Assembly: GCA_030704615.1 (NCBI GenBank)
Contig: CM060733.1
Span: 71,610,001-71,674,000, forward strand
Reading direction: 5' to 3'
Length of the DNA stretch: 64,000 bases
Origin: Takakia lepidozioides
Taxonomy: Eukaryota > Plantae > Bryophyta
Position numbers and translations under genes: made by a program. Under the pieces are notes generated by a model, which had not been told where the DNA came from, did no database searches, and saw only the letters and a list, made by a program, of their open reading frames with translations. Of this stretch, positions 39,101-53,619 are shown one piece after another; positions within the stretch are counted from its first letter, which is position 1; every line of letters starts with the position of its first letter.

Positions 39101-42100
39101 CAATTGAATGGAAAGTAACTTATTGTAAGCTGGCATAGGTATACCATTGCCATGGGACAAGGGGCAGCATGCTTTACAGTGTTTCTGGCTGTTGTGTGAT
39201 TTTCCTATCGTATCTATAGAATGTTGATTCTGTACCACTTGCTATCTTCAAGTTGTGTTTGGGACCAGCTAACAGAGAAAACATCATAGTGGTGTGTTAG
39301 CTGGGAAGTTCCTAAAGCAGGTCCATTCTACAACTGTCAACCAACTGGTAGGGGTTGTAGTGTAAGGGAAGTGCTCGTGAGATCTCTCTCCCTCTCTCAT
39401 CTCCTTCAATGTCTTATGAGTACATTCTCTCTCATCTCCTTCCTTTTAGAATGTTTTTGTCAGGGGGAAGACCATGTCAGTGTGGAACCCCTAATCGGGG
39501 CCGCGGTGCAAGTGAAGGAGTATCGTTTAACCTCCTTGAGCCTCTCCTCCCATAAAGAGATGGCTAGAAGTTGCATAACTGGAGCTTATGATATGACCAA
39601 ACGGCGCTATGTGCAAAGATGATATCACCTGTAGCGCTTGAGCCCAGGACAAACCGGGGAACTTGTTTCTACAAATGCGCTAATGCCCTGGACACCTCTT
39701 TCTCTATTTTCTCAGACTATTCATACTTCACACTTCGATGTAGCTCTGGTAGAAGAAGTCAAGATGATACTATTCATTGTTAATAGGAAGCACCATCTGC
39801 TGAGGCTTGTGAGCTTATATAGATAGGATGTTCCGAAATCATATGAAATTTAGAGCCTCTTAATCCCTGTGAAAAGATTGGTGTTATACCATGTGGATTT
39901 TGAAACTGGGATTACTGGACACTTGCAATCCCATGGTCTGTCCCACCAAGGATCGGTCCTCTCCATAGTATCCCCAGGTTGATTTGCAGTCCATAGCTCC
40001 AATGACATGTGTTTCATGAAAACTATATGTTGTTTTTGGGAATTTGCTGTCTTGTTTTCTGTCATTCTGGAATTTTTCAGTGATTCTCATTGCCACCTAA
40101 TCGGGAAACAGTTCTACAGTTCAGGAAATCTACTCTCTTGCTGCATACATTTGATCTCTCGAAATTCTCTGTTGCGTTATGTGCAACAGGTGCGTTATCA
40201 TCTGTGTGGAGGGAGTGGGTGAACTGGTGTGTGGAGTTTGGGATTGAACCAGATGCCATTGTTGCAGTGCCGTATGACTGGCGCTTATCAGGGGCCATGC
40301 TAGAACAACGTGACCTCTACTTCCACAAGCTCAAGTGCGTACAATAAGCATTAGACCTTCCACGTGGCATGAGACTTGCTGGGCCTGGGACCCACCCACA
40401 GTTCCCAGCAGCTGTTGTTTAAAAGCATGATTATGTGTTGGCCAGAAAGTATTCCACCTCGTGGTTTTGCTAGTGACTATGGACTCTCAATCGTGAGATG
40501 CTTAGTGTGACACAAGCTAGGTGGTTGCCAGGTGAAGCACAGCCAGTTTACTGTGTGTGTGTCTCTGTTGCCAATACATTCATTTGCTGGTTGGAATTTG
40601 TGTTTGGGCACTCATGGAGTCTACTTTCTGTGTCTTGAAGGTCCAAGCTCCAGGTCCTCAGATGTACACTGAGGAGCAGTCTGCCAGGTGTTATCTTAAT
40701 TAATGATACCTTTTGTGTCAAGATGTCTAGAAGACCCTTCGGCATACAGTGGAGGACTCCCTATATCAAAGGAATATTTGTTTATTGTATAGAGTTAGAG
40801 CTCACAAATACCGTTATTTGTTATTTATGCTGTGACAAAGCTAGGTTGACATTTGAGACGACACGCAAGTTGCGAGGAGTGCCTTCTTTGGTGTTTGCCC
40901 ACTCTATGGGCAATAATGTCTTCCGATACTTTCTGGAATGGCTCAAGCTGGAGATTGCACCCAAGCACTACTTGGAATGGCTTGACAAGCATATCCATGC
41001 ATATTATGCTGTTGGTCTGCTTGCCTCTCTTTCTCAATCTCTTTCCCTCTAGATTGGATGTTGATGTACCAGAGAAGTTAGTAAATTTCATTCATCCCCC
41101 ACCTTATTTGGAACAGCTCTGTGGGGTTTGCATCTTCGTTTTATTACGGAAATGCTTGTGGTGGTGGTGTCAATGTCACAGGAGCGCCACTGCTAGGTGC
41201 AGCAGAGACTGTGAAAGCTATGCTGTCTGGAGTGACTTTTGGGCTGCCAATATCGGAGGTGTGGGTTTATCCCTCACAGCTAAGACCTTGGTTTCTGGTG
41301 TCATTAGGTTCGTGGTTTGCATGGTAGATATCTCTCTTGCCCTCAGGGAAAATCTCTGGTGGTCAGGGTGCATATTTACCCGACCGCCTACTTTGTGCAA
41401 CTTGTTGACTTTTGACTAGATGTGCAATCAGTAATATACACTTCTTCAATGAGTTTACAGGGAACAGCACGGATGCTCTGCAATTCATTTGGGTCATCAC
41501 TTTGGATGTTACCGTTTTCAAAGCACTGCCATGTGGACAATCAACTTTGCATTGAGTTAATAGACAGTGGTGCCCAGAAGGGTCCCCATCTTTCCTGTAC
41601 TGATAAAGAGTATCAACAAAATGCCTCTGGTTGGCCTGTTGACATTGTGAAAGTTGACTTGCCAGTTTCCCCAGGTAATTCTCTTGTCCAAATTATGAGG
41701 CTTCTCAGTTTTTGCTGACGTCTAGGCCTGCTTTCTTTTTAAGATATATTGCATTGTGATTGTTTCCGGCTCAACCAAGGGATCGAGCTACTCTTGAATT
41801 TTTGTTGGCTCTGTCTTCCGGAGTTTGTTATCTGGATCTCTATGCAACCTTGATATACAAGCATTTTGGGCTCGCTAATTATTTATGTACACGGTGCATA
41901 TGATCGGTCCTTCTTATTGCAACTGATGTTCATTTTTTGCTGCCACATTGCAAATGCTCCTATGCAAGTTTGGCAACAAAGCCTAGCAACATCATGTTGG
42001 TACTCCATCCATTTGATTACTGCACAGATCATCAACCAAACAGACAACCATCAAGCCTGCAGGTGCATCTGCCATGGTGATGCTCCCACACTCAGGCATT

Positions 42101-45100
42101 TGTGGGGACCTTGAATGTCAAGAATGCACCTTGTTGTCTAATCAATATATGATCCACTTTCAGTAGCAGTGATTGTTTGACAGTGGCAGGGGTTGCTTAT
42201 CCAAGTGTTTCATTGGAAGCGGAAGCGGTGACTGGCTGCTCACAATGCAGTATGGCTGAGGAGCGCTCATATTCAGCTCACAAGATTTCAGACGGCACTT
42301 TCTTGCGGGATATCGAGGAATTTGATTCTCACAGTCCATGTGCCCTTCACCATCTTATCAAGTGAGACAATTTCTTGCTTCTCCTCCTCAACCTTCCTCC
42401 CACTCTCTGGCTGTCTCTTTGTAAGCTGTACATCTCTTGTTACTCCCAAGATGAGTCCAGGCCTGGAGTCACGTGGAATATTACAAGAAATTGATGGATT
42501 ATTTTTGCAACCTGCAACCTGGATCCTTACTGGCTGCATGAATGCTACATCACATTTTGCAGTAGATTCATACCCTAGTGTGGGAGCCACAAACACGTCA
42601 AGAGGTTGATTCTCACTATTGTTGTGGTTGCCAACTTCAGAGAAAAGATCTCTTACAAGTTGCCTGTTCCCCTTAGATTTTAAGGGCGCATTAAATTCCC
42701 ACATGTGCTTCTCCCTAACCCCCTCGCTTTACCTTCAAGAATCACTTCAGGAATCACAAGCTCGATCATGGCCATCATATAGAACACTGCAACTCAAGCT
42801 TTCAAGACCATAATCTACTAGGGCTACGCGTTGCACCGCACTAGTGACAACTTCTGAGAACAATGATATTTTTTCATAGAGCTTATGGTTTAGTGATCTT
42901 CTATCTTCCTCTTTCTTTGTAGCACCTAGGGATTGTATGATTTTACCCAGAGTTGGTTGTCAATCACCCTCAGGTTCCTACTAGGATGTGTAAGTCATTG
43001 CGCAGGTGCTGGATCCAAATGTTGGCTACTTTTGGGTATAGGTACTACTTGGAGGATCCTGTATTGAATCCACTGACCCCATGGACCAGGCCACCTATCA
43101 AGAATGTATACTGCATGTACGGAATTGACCTCAAGACCGAGGTTAAGTTTCACCCTTGATCAACGTCTAGTTGTGGCATGGTGTAGACTGGTTTTCAAGT
43201 CTTTGTCAATGCATGTAGAAAACTGTTTGTTTCCTTCCACATCGGATTTCAATTTTGTGGCAGAAGTAAAGTGATCCTTGTGGGGGTTGTCTTATTGGTT
43301 GGACTTATATTGCACAGTATGATGGTGCTATGCCTGCTTTGTATAGGCCCGTAGGCCCTGATGTTAAAGGTCTACATTAACAAGCACCTTCAGGAGTTTG
43401 CAGCAGTTACAGGTGCTACCCAGATAGCCAACACTTGTTTGTGGGTCCCGTTTGCTACATATGGTGTGACAGTTATGGTTAAAGTGGAGTTCCGGTTGGT
43501 TCATTGGTCAGGTGGGCTACCATTTTGCACCTAGCGGGAAGCCATATCCAGATAACTGGAGTATCACGGATGTTTTCTACGAGGTAGAAGGAGGCTCTCT
43601 ACAATCAAGGTTAGCTATCAGCTTCCAACCCTTCTAGGCCCTTCAGTATTTGTAGATTGCTTTTCAGATACTGAATTGTCTTGTGTGGTTGTGCAGAGGG
43701 CACTTTCAAAGCTACTGACCTTGCATGCTCTTTTGACCTCTGATGTTCAGATCAGGGGTGAGGGTGAATGGTAATCCCGGGCCAGCTAGTGGTGATGTCA
43801 CGGTATATTCTCTCCCAGTTTTGCCTTGATGTTTTCCAAAACACTTGAACAAGCTCTCTTTTAGTCCTGTAATGTGAGTTTATGCAAGACACTTGCTGTG
43901 GCTCCGTCTGGTGATGACAGATTTACCTGGTACACAGCAAGGGTAACCAGACGTTTGATGAGTCTCTATTACACTAGTTCTGCTGCTTGTGGTTCTTCAG
44001 ATACCACCAGAGCATGGCACAGTGAACATTTAAATGTTATGGTGGCATGATAAACGTCTTTTTCAAAACTGCTTCGTGGAACCCCTTGTCATGGTATCAT
44101 GGTTTGTTGGCTGCCCTTTGTGTGAGGTGATGAGTTACTCGTTGAAATACAGACATTGGATAATGCTTTTGTGTGCATGACAACATTCCCTAACTGACCA
44201 CTTCGGCAGAAAAGTCTCGAAGAATACTATGCATGACAGGTGTTTTGGCAGGTACCATATCATTCACTGTCCTGGTGCAAGACATGGCTGGGTCCTGAAG
44301 TAAACATCACTAGAACTCCCCAGGTCTTTTTCTAACCTTCACAAATGAATTGAGAGAGGTTCCTCGGTTGTAGTTAGTTTGTTGTGTTCCCATTCTCCCC
44401 TTGAATTTGTTGACCTTTAAATTCTCTCTCCCAGGTACTTCTCTGGCAGGAGACTCTTAAGATTAGTCATATTAACACTCTGAAATATCATAGTGAGGGT
44501 TTGGGGAGAGAGGAGAGAGAACCTGGAAGTGGGTATCTGCTGAGCTGGCAAGGTTGAGAGACAGATGGCAGTAGACTCTTGAGTGCAGGAGTTAGAGAGG
44601 ACAAGTCTAAATGTTGTGACAGATGGCGGGTGGTTGTGCAGACTGCACATGAGGTCAGTGACATGCAGGAACAGCTGAATGTGGCGCATGACTATGGCAG
44701 GGACATTGCACCCAACATGACCAGAGATAGTCGTGTGAAATACATCACTTTTTATGAGGATGGGCTCAGCCTTCCAGGCAAACGAACTGCTGTTTGGGAG
44801 ATTGATAAAGGCATGTACAGGACTTCGTGATTACCTTGCAATAACCGTGCTAAATATATTTTCCCGTCTTTCATAAACTTGGACTATGCATGCTGCCAGG
44901 GTGAACTGAATCTGAGTGATGTCTTGTGGACACTGCTGCACTGTAGTGAGCAGGCTAGTTGCAAAGGTGCTTTGTCCGAGTAGCTGTCACTATTGACTTT
45001 GATGAAATCGGTGCCATATACGATGTCTTGTGGTGAAGGTGCATGCAGGAGAGCATGATGCAATCCCTGGTTGTATAGGCAGGATTTAGCTTCCCAGTCT

Positions 45101-47114
45101 CCATCACTGTTCCAAGTGTCTGCCCACTCAACGTCCCAAGTAGTGGGTGTTGACAGCTGCCGCCTGATTATTAGACCTTACCTCAAATCTTGCCAGGGCA
45201 ACAGTGGTAGGGAGGATTAAGGAGGATTAATCTCAATTCGTCTGAAAGGTTTTTCACTTCCACTCTGTGTTTTGCATGGCTGGGGTGGTGAGAGTGTATT
45301 GCACTAAGGCTCAAGTATTTGTATCAACTTGCTATAGTAGCAGTTGCATTTTTCAAAAGCCTACATATTACTCATTATTGTGTTCTGGAAAGCACCTCTT
45401 CATTTCTTTTTTTCGTTTCTGGTTTTTTTTACAAGGGAAGGGACAAGCACCCCAGAATAAAATACAGGAACCAAAGACCTCCCTCTTAACCTTGGCAAGC
45501 CAAGAAATGCTGCCCTGAGAGGGTCTGGTCCATCTCTATCTCTCTCCCACTCGTTTCTGGTCTGCGATAGTAAGAAGGCACCAACTGTGAGGCTTTGCAT
45601 CAAAAAGCTTAATATCATTATGCTTTTGGCTGGGAAGCACTGAATAAGAATTTTGTTGAGTAATGGCGAGAGACCTGGATAGCAGTGAAGGTTGAGGCAT
45701 GGGTTATCGAATGTGATTGGTTGAATCATGCAGTGGACCATCGAAATCTTGTTCGGTCCTCTGTGTTGCTGAGGGAGTTGTGGCTGGAGGCCGTCCACAG
45801 CTTCCGCCCTGATGCTAAGAGGCAGTTTGTCTCTAAAGGTTAGTAATATCAACCTTCATTCCTGTGTTACATGAAGGATGGCAGCTGTCTGCTGCACTGA
45901 AAGCAATCTCTCATCTCAATTACTGTTTATCACCCTTCATACATATGTACAAGTTGCACGGGATGTGTGAGAGCTCGTGAAATTTGATTCAACTCCCGCA
46001 CAGTGGATGTAGCTGTGGGTACCATCCTTCTCCCCTCTTTATGCATGACTGGAAATGTTGAATCCCCTGTAAATTGCAAGATTCTCTGCAAATTGCAAGA
46101 TGACAATCAAAAGATCAAATGAGCATTGATCCCTTGATCTTCCTGAGATAGTTGAATGTGCGAAATATTAGAAGAATTGTGGTCTGCAAGGTGGTTTCAC
46201 TTTTATTGATGAAGACACCTTGGTATGTATGTTTGATGTCAACATGTCCTTTATGTTTGATGGTGGTGGAGCAGAGCGACGGGAGCCAATGAGGGATGAG
46301 GATTGCTATTGGGACTACTCAAGGGCACGATGTGGTCGTACAGACCGCTGTGAATACAGGTTTACTGGGTCTTTTTCCATGCATTACATTGTTACATGTG
46401 GTCAGCTGTTAGTGTCAGTTTTGTCCTCCTGGTGTGTCCATCAAGGTTTCCATCCTTTCAATTCTACTTTATTAGGTGCAAACTGCAGGACTGGGCTTTC
46501 CTAGACTGTTTATGCTTGATTTTATATTGTGGAAGAGTATAAAGGCTGCCGTTGTCAAATTGTGGAAGCACAACCTTAAGGTCGAGTAGTTGAACTACTG
46601 CTTCTCTCTCCATGTGTACATTCCACGCAAACCTGGATTTATAAGGCTATCAAAATAGATCTTAATGACTTTGTCATGCCTATGTCGACTAGATTCCCAT
46701 GGACATGTCAGTATGTGTCTAGTAAGAGAGGAGCTAGAAGGCCTTGGATACATACAAGCCAATGATGGACAGAGACTGCTGACTCAGGTCGTTCCTTTAG
46801 GCGATGTTTGTTGAAGACAGACTTAGCCTATGTTTAGTGATGAATGGGTGGACATTTTTCATCTCTAGGACAACAGCTGAGGGATTTTATTGAAGAGACA
46901 GAAAGCAGGCGTCAGGTGTTTTCCTCCTGCAATGTTTTTACAGTTGGTTTGCTGTTACGTTGTTCAAATCAGCTTGAAAATATGAAGAACAAGAACAAAC
47001 TGACATGGCATGTGTGCATGTGATTGCAGATATGTTTTTGGAGATGTTCACCTAGGGCAGAGCTGCCGGCTAAAGGCTTCCTCAGAGAAGGACCACATCC
47101 TTCACTACTTTTGA
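33116..47114 (+). CDS. PSAT1: Phospholipid:sterol O-acyltransferase (LCAT-like), 15 exons, about 640 aa
   Basis: Exons 33116-33352, 34088-34223, 40190-40334, 40845-41014, 41182-41258, 41461-41674, 42184-42361, 43042-43141, 43512-43609, 43751-43802, 44252-44323, 44642-44810, 45734-45838, 46275-46359 and 47030-47114 join in frame (1923 nt). Motifs IPGFASSRLRAW, PYDWRL, AHSMG, SGDVTVPYHSL and DEDCYWDY are present. Confidence 0.93.
34273..37432 (+). mobile_element. Decayed LINE (non-LTR retrotransposon) in PSAT1 intron 2
   Basis: GPDGI, NYRGIMLL, QVGFR, FLDVKKAWDTV, GVAQGCTLSPLLF and FADD motifs across frameshifts; (CT)n at both ends. Confidence 0.88.
37436..38760 (+). mobile_element. Two further 5'-truncated copies of related LINE 3' ends
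   Basis: 37436-37695 and about 37895-38760 repeat the 36360-37430 sequence and the ttatgagtacat tail. Confidence 0.7.
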
Positions 47115-50100
47115 TCCCTTTTTTTTCTTTTTTAAAGCTAACATCCTTGTATGAGGATCAGCGTTCCACATCTGCCGCTTGAATCCCTCCAATATCAAGC
47201 TGTAGACAAACGTTTTTGTTACTTTCTGAAGTCTTTTCATCTGTTACGCAGCTCCAATAGAATTCTTCCACAAATAGTTACCATTCACTGTGGCCAATTA
47301 TGTCAAGACGTTTTTGGATGAATTGATTTTCTGGACTGCATCTACGGCTTGGCACAACTTGATGGAAACAGGTTTTGGTAGAGTATGTGCTGTAAGGTAA
47401 AAGTGGGGGTTCTGAATCCTGCCAGTGTGACATACACCCAGTTAGTCCAATTTTGACGCTGCAGCCGAAGAGAAAACGACATTGCACCACCTTTCTTGAC
47501 ATTCACATTCTCTCTCATTTTCACACTCTTCACTATCTACCACACTCATGCTACCCTAATGACAGATTGCTGGCACATGCATGGACAAGCTCCTGTATGA
47601 TTCCATACGTATGTCGAGTTTAGAACCCCTTCTTTTTATGCTACAGTGTGTGACGGACGAACGAGACTGATTGGTCCAAGGTTTGATCTTTGAAACAAAT
47701 TGAAAAGCTGTGTACATGTGCAAGAGCAAAGTGGGCGGGTCTGATTTTTGCAGGGTCAGTCATTTTACAGTATTCATCAAGGCACATTGGCATCGTGATC
47801 TGGATAGTTCAAGATCTCAGGAGATAGATCATGAATGCCAGTAGCGTGTAGAAATGAGCACACAGTTTAGAAATTCTCACTGAATGGGATATAAATTAGG
47901 ACAGCGGGTACTACGTGAGGTCTTGTAAAGCAGGAAGAAACATCAGCTAGAAATAGAGAGTCACTTGAACGATGCCATGCTAGGCTCAGAGATCGATATT
48001 ACTTTGCTAACATGGTGAAATCTGTCGAGTGGGGTGACGAAGTGCAGGTGCCAGGCTCGCACCCAAACCCGACGTGGGATGAGTCTTGTGTGCTGGAAAT
48101 CTGTCTTAAGGGTCTGAACAATAACAATATAAGATCATAGAAAGTCTAGTGGCTACTTAGGGAGACTGAGAGATGAATGTGCTCTGATTACATTAGCGAA
48201 AGTAATTTTTGTAGCTTCACATAAGTATGCTTCTAAGTCCAAAACTATCTGCTTCGTTGATCTTTGAAGGTGGTAGATGAAGACATGTGTTGTTTCAGAT
48301 GGTGGCCTCTTGCGAAGTGCTCTTGGTTGAAACTCTGGAACTCCAATGGGGTCGAGGCAGAAGGCGAAATTCCCGAGTGGTCTCAGAGAGTGCATTTGGC
48401 GACTGGTTGGATAAAGCTACCCGGGTTACTTGGTGGTGGCAAGTAAGACCGTGACTTCTGTATGTATTTTGGACCCACATTTTGTAGGTGCCATAGGTTC
48501 ATATTTCCATATCTCATTGTCTAGTTCTCTATGGTACAAATGAACCAATGCCACTTATTCCAGGGTTAAAGGCGGTTGGACCAGCCCTTAACACCCTGTT
48601 CCATATGAAATAAAATCATATGTACCTCAGTAAATCTTTTACTGAGGACAGTGCCCAAGCCTTAAGATGAGAGAATGTGTCTTGGGGTGATATGATGCAT
48701 CAAAGACTGTTGGAGGAGTTGAAACGTATTGAGGAGAAGTCGGGGCGCACCGCTATAGTGTCGGCCCCCATCATTGCACAGCTAATTCTTTGAATCTTGC
48801 CCCCTCACTAAGGAAGAACATAAGGCCATGGGGCTAATTGAGATGCAGATCATTGTTGCTAAGCAACAAGGGTCACACAACAGTGGAGTTCGTCCAGAAT
48901 AACAAGGGAAGCCAAACGACAGAAGATGATGAGGGTCGAGCAACATGAAAACCAACAGCACCATGTGGCAGCGGAACCTGGAGGGGAGGAGCAAGAAGTG
49001 ATCTCACAACCAGTCCCAACACAGCAAGATGTGCATGTTACGCAACATGTAATTTTACAGGCTCTTGCACTCTCGGCTGTCCATCTCTCTCCATGGATGG
49101 CAGTCAACATTCCTACTATAGAGCAAATTAGGAAAGAGATAAGGCAAGAAGAGCAGAATGAGAGGAACCCATTGGCAGTGATGGCAAAAGAGGTCATCAT
49201 TCCAGTCCGCTCACCACAAGGGGAAATAGTTGCAGAGAATAAACCTGAGGGCAGTAAGTCAGGGCCTTCTGCAGCAGAATGTGCAAGGCTTTAAGGCCAG
49301 GTTGGTTCTTGGCAAACCATGGTATTTTAGCCACCAAGGGAGCAAGAAGCCATGATAGTTAATACCATGAACAGGCCTTCCAATTTTCTCACAAGCTACT
49401 TCAAAGATTATGTGCCTTTGGAGCAGTTAGGAGCTTTGAGAGAGCAGCTCGAGACAGGCACGGCCCGGATACCATAGCCCAAGATGAATAACAACCAGCT
49501 CGAGCATGGCACAATTTTACTGCCCAAGGTCAAAGATGATCTTGAATGGCAATCGTATAACGATGCTATGCTACAATTACCACCTTCCATTCCCCAAGTT
49601 ATGGATAAATTGTGGAAGCAATTATCTCCCACAAACACTTTGGGTCAATATTATCACCTCATGCACCACTGGATTCCCCTGGCAGGTCGATTAAAGGTGT
49701 TTGAGCCAGAGCAGGACATTGAGGACCATCATTTTGCCAAGCTCTGGCAGGCTGTAGGAATTTTGTATAAGGAATTACTTGGCTTCCAAATGCTCCTTGG
49801 ATTTATATATCCACAAGGACACCAGAGGTAGCCAACATTGTCATGGGATGCACGGCCAGCGACGCAACGGCGTGAGCGTAGCGTGTGAGCGTGCGCTCAC
49901 GCCACGGCAGCGTGAGCCCGTACACCCGCCATGTCGGCGTGAGCACATATCCCGGCATGTCACTTTGGGCCCACGTAGCGAGTTACATAAGAAATGATGC
50001 CTATACCCGAGGGGCCTATAACCGCGGACACCCTCCACACATATTCCAACACCAAGAAACATTCGAGTGCTTGACATCAACCACTCAACCAAAAAAAAAA

Positions 50101-50279
50101 TTTGCAAAGGAAAAGTTGAAGTGAATTTTAAGATGCTTCAAATTGAGAATGACAATGTTGCTGAAGAGGTTGACGGCGGAGACGATGATGAGGATGAGGA
50201 AGTGGAGGACGAAGATTTGGAAGAAGGAGGAGGACATTTCGAACACAGGGAGGAGGACCAGGGCATCGAGGGTAACGAG

Positions 50280-50835
50280 GATGACGAAGAACCTGGATAC
50301 GTCCATTTCCTTCCATTGCTTCGGTCGCGATGAAGCAATCTTCTCGAGATTGGAAGGGTTGATTAGCGCGAAATACACCGGATGTTTGGAGTCGAACAAA
50401 TGAAGCTCGAAGAGTCGCGCTTTCACTTCGTCCTTATGCTTGATATTTAAGAGCCTGTAAACCATGCTCCTTGGAGCTAGTTCCATCATGGAAACCTTCA
50501 CAAGGAAGGTACTCTCGAATCCAAAGGGAAATACATCGTTGTATTCCTTCGTGAGCCTCTCCTCCATCTTCTCGCACTTTTCTTTGTCGAAAATCTCCCC
50601 ATCTATGGGTCTCTTGTTATCTGCCATCAATGTTGGATCCTGATCCTCCTTCTGTTTCTTCTTTCCTGCGGAAGTCCCGGCCCAAATTTTTATATGGGCT
50701 TTTCATCATGTGTTGTTCCAAGACTTTAGAGGATGAGGCTTTGATGCTTTTGGTTCCTTCTATGTACATGCCAACAACGGTTTTCCCTTCGTATTCTTGC
50801 ACTTGGGAGCTGAGAACTTCTCTCAGCCCCTCCAT
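50280..50835 (-). pseudogene. Fragment possibly encoding a divergent ParB-like N-terminal domain
   Basis: FLVKVSMMELAPRSMVYRLLNIKHKDEVKARLF...HPVYFALI...RFFVI parallels the pattern upstream of DGNHR in element A. It breaks off where the GxH motif would be. Confidence 0.3.
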
Positions 50836-53619
50836 TTATTGATTTTTTGTTTTTTTTTGGTGCTGGGAGAGAGCACCAGCTGTTGTTGTCTCCTTCCCCT
50901 TGCTTCTTTGGGCCAGTGTGTGGAGATAGTAACAGTCTCTCCCAATGCCCTATGTCAAGAATGTAAGGTTGAGGCTTATCGTGCAGAATGTTGATTGGTA
51001 AAATGCAGGGGTCATCTTCAGAGGGCTGCTGAAGGTGCTACCTGATCACAAAATGTGCCTGCGAGGACTAGGTATTCATGCCCCTTCTTGAGGGCATCCA
51101 TAATCTGATGTTGTATTCAATGATGTTGGTCCTTTCTACTTGATAGTCAGCCATGTACACAATGCAATCATTAGGATTTCCACTTCATGTTTACTTCTGT
51201 GGTCATGAGATTGACAGCTCAAAAGTGTTTATAGGAGAGACTGGATGAGTTGAGAGTGTGTTGCGATGAGCAGGGTCAATGGCACTGATAATTGGCAAGT
51301 TTGATGAGGCAATCACATGGCTGGAGCAGGCCGTGATTGCATACCCGACTAATGTGCTCTTTCACACAAGGTATCTGCTGCCTATGATACTACTTCCAAC
51401 ACTTCTAGTTTTGGGTGCTACCAATAGGTCGTTGGGGCAAGTTGGAATTTGAGGAGGAACAGTCATTAGCAATCACCAGAGCAGACCGCAAGTACATCTT
51501 CAACCTAGGTGTTTGGGGTGAAGGTGTCCCTTTCAACATATTGTCTGTCATAAAGCTGTAGTATGAGTACTTGAGAGCTCTCAGAGTTGCTGAACTGGGT
51601 GTGCCTTTACTTACCCAAGGTGCCCTTGTCGGGGCTGGCTTCATCAATGCTGGCCCCCTATTTGCAGGCTTATGACATTTTGAACGCCTGCTGGGGTTTT
51701 TTCCCCCTCTTTGATTTGAGTGAAATGGCCACTAGCCCCTTTCTTTTAAACAAATTGGCAAAAAACTGGAGGTTAGCTATTTCATGAGCATGAGCGGCAC
51801 GAGCAGAGTAGCAAGACAATCGGTTTTCATGAGCAGAAGTACAGATTTCGAAAATAAAAAACATTATAAAACATTAATTTAATGCAATGTGTCAGAAAAA
51901 AACAAATATATTATCCGGCACCTTGAAGGGAAAATTGTAGTTTTGAGAGTTGTGCTCATGATATTTCGTCTTCCGCTCATGCCAATTCCCAGCGACATGT
52001 GCAAAAATGGCGCCGAATTTCGCGGTAATAGGGTCCGTATCCGGAAAAATCCGCGACGTATTTCGCGGTAATAGGTCTCTCTGGCGAAAAATGGTGCCGA
52101 ATTCCGCGGCTATCGGTCCCCTCATGACAGGTGTGTAAGCCCAAAATTTGGAAATGTGGCGCCAAATTTTGGTACATGGTGTGCCAGGGATTGCATAGAT
52201 GTTGGGCAGTTCTGGGTCATGTAACTAGAAATTCGGCGCCATTTTTCCAGACATCGTTCCCGTGCATGTTCGGACTTAGCCAGTTTTCGGCCCAAAATAG
52301 AGAAATTCAGCGCCATTTTTCCAGACACATCCAGACCAGTGCATGTTATTTCGGCCCAAAATAGAGAAATTCGGCGCCATTTTTCTAGAAATGGCCCCAC
52401 AACTGCTTCTGTTGGATTTCAATTTGAATGGAATATTGCCTCATTCCAGGAGTTTTGGGGTGCATTTCATTACACTGCAAAAAAAAGTCTGATACATGAA
52501 AATGCAATTGAAAATATCCATATGGAGGATTCCCTTTGCCCCATCAATGATTTCTGGAATCCCTAAGGAGGAGTTTGTGCAGCTCGTTCACGCTCAACGC
52601 ATCGGCTGTTGGCCTCTTTGAAGCAATGGCATGTCCCGAAGGCCCTCTCGCAAGGCTGCCCGAGGAGGGAACTCAAAGAAGATATTACCGTCGACGTCTG
52701 CGGGAAGGCATGTAACCGATTTAATTGCGAACTTGCTGTAGTCCAGCCTGGCCAGCTCCGAGCGGTGTCCCTCCTTGTGAAGCCCTCGCAGAATTTCAAG
52801 AATGGATCGAACTGCGGTGCTCGTGCTGGGAATATGACTCCCTCGTCCACTGACGTCCATTGAGGACTTGCCTGATCTCCAGGACGATCTCGGAACTTCC
52901 ATGACCTCGTCTGAGTCGGACAGGTTGTGAACAACCCGGTTCTCGCTCGTCTTCATTGATGGGTTCGGCTCTGGATTTACTTCGTTGCGGACTTCTCTCT
53001 TTGAGGTACCCACACTCTGATTCGCGGATTGTTTCGTGGAAGGCGCCAGGATAGAAGGTGCATTTGGCGGGCAAATGAAGTCCCCAACAGCCCTGTATAT
53101 GACGTTGTCCGATGGTGGAACTCGTCATTCTCTGCCATCACCGAAATCATCGTGGAGCACAACAATACTCTCGACAACAACGCCGTTTGAGTCCTTCTTT
53201 TCCTCCTCCCAAAAAACCGTCCCCGGTTTCAGGTGGTATCGAACGCACAGATATTTCTCCATCACACGGCAGATGTCCCCTCTGCACGGAAATGAAGCTC
53301 TATGCTCGTGAGGAGGGCAGTACACTGTAGCGCTCGGGTTTTCCGCCATGGGAGATGTGCACACAAGACAGCCAGGAAGGCGTGCGGGCAAGCTCCCTGG
53401 TAGAAGGAGGATGCAGCGATGGGAAGGAATGCAGTGCCGATTTGTCCGTGTGACGAAGCCTGATCCAAATCCAGGGAGCCAACTATCTCAAAAATCCACA
53501 GTCAGAGTGTTAATGAACCTTGTCTCCGGAATGCGGCCCCTGGACTTTGCGCAATAACTGCCAACGGTATGCAGTCAGAAAGTGGGGGGCCGTCCGGATG
53601 ATGTCGGCTGAAGGGGAGA

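Noticed and set aside
48500-49831. Host gene in the short ORFs downstream of PSAT1
   Set aside because: Fragmented, with no recognisable motif or consistent splice model.
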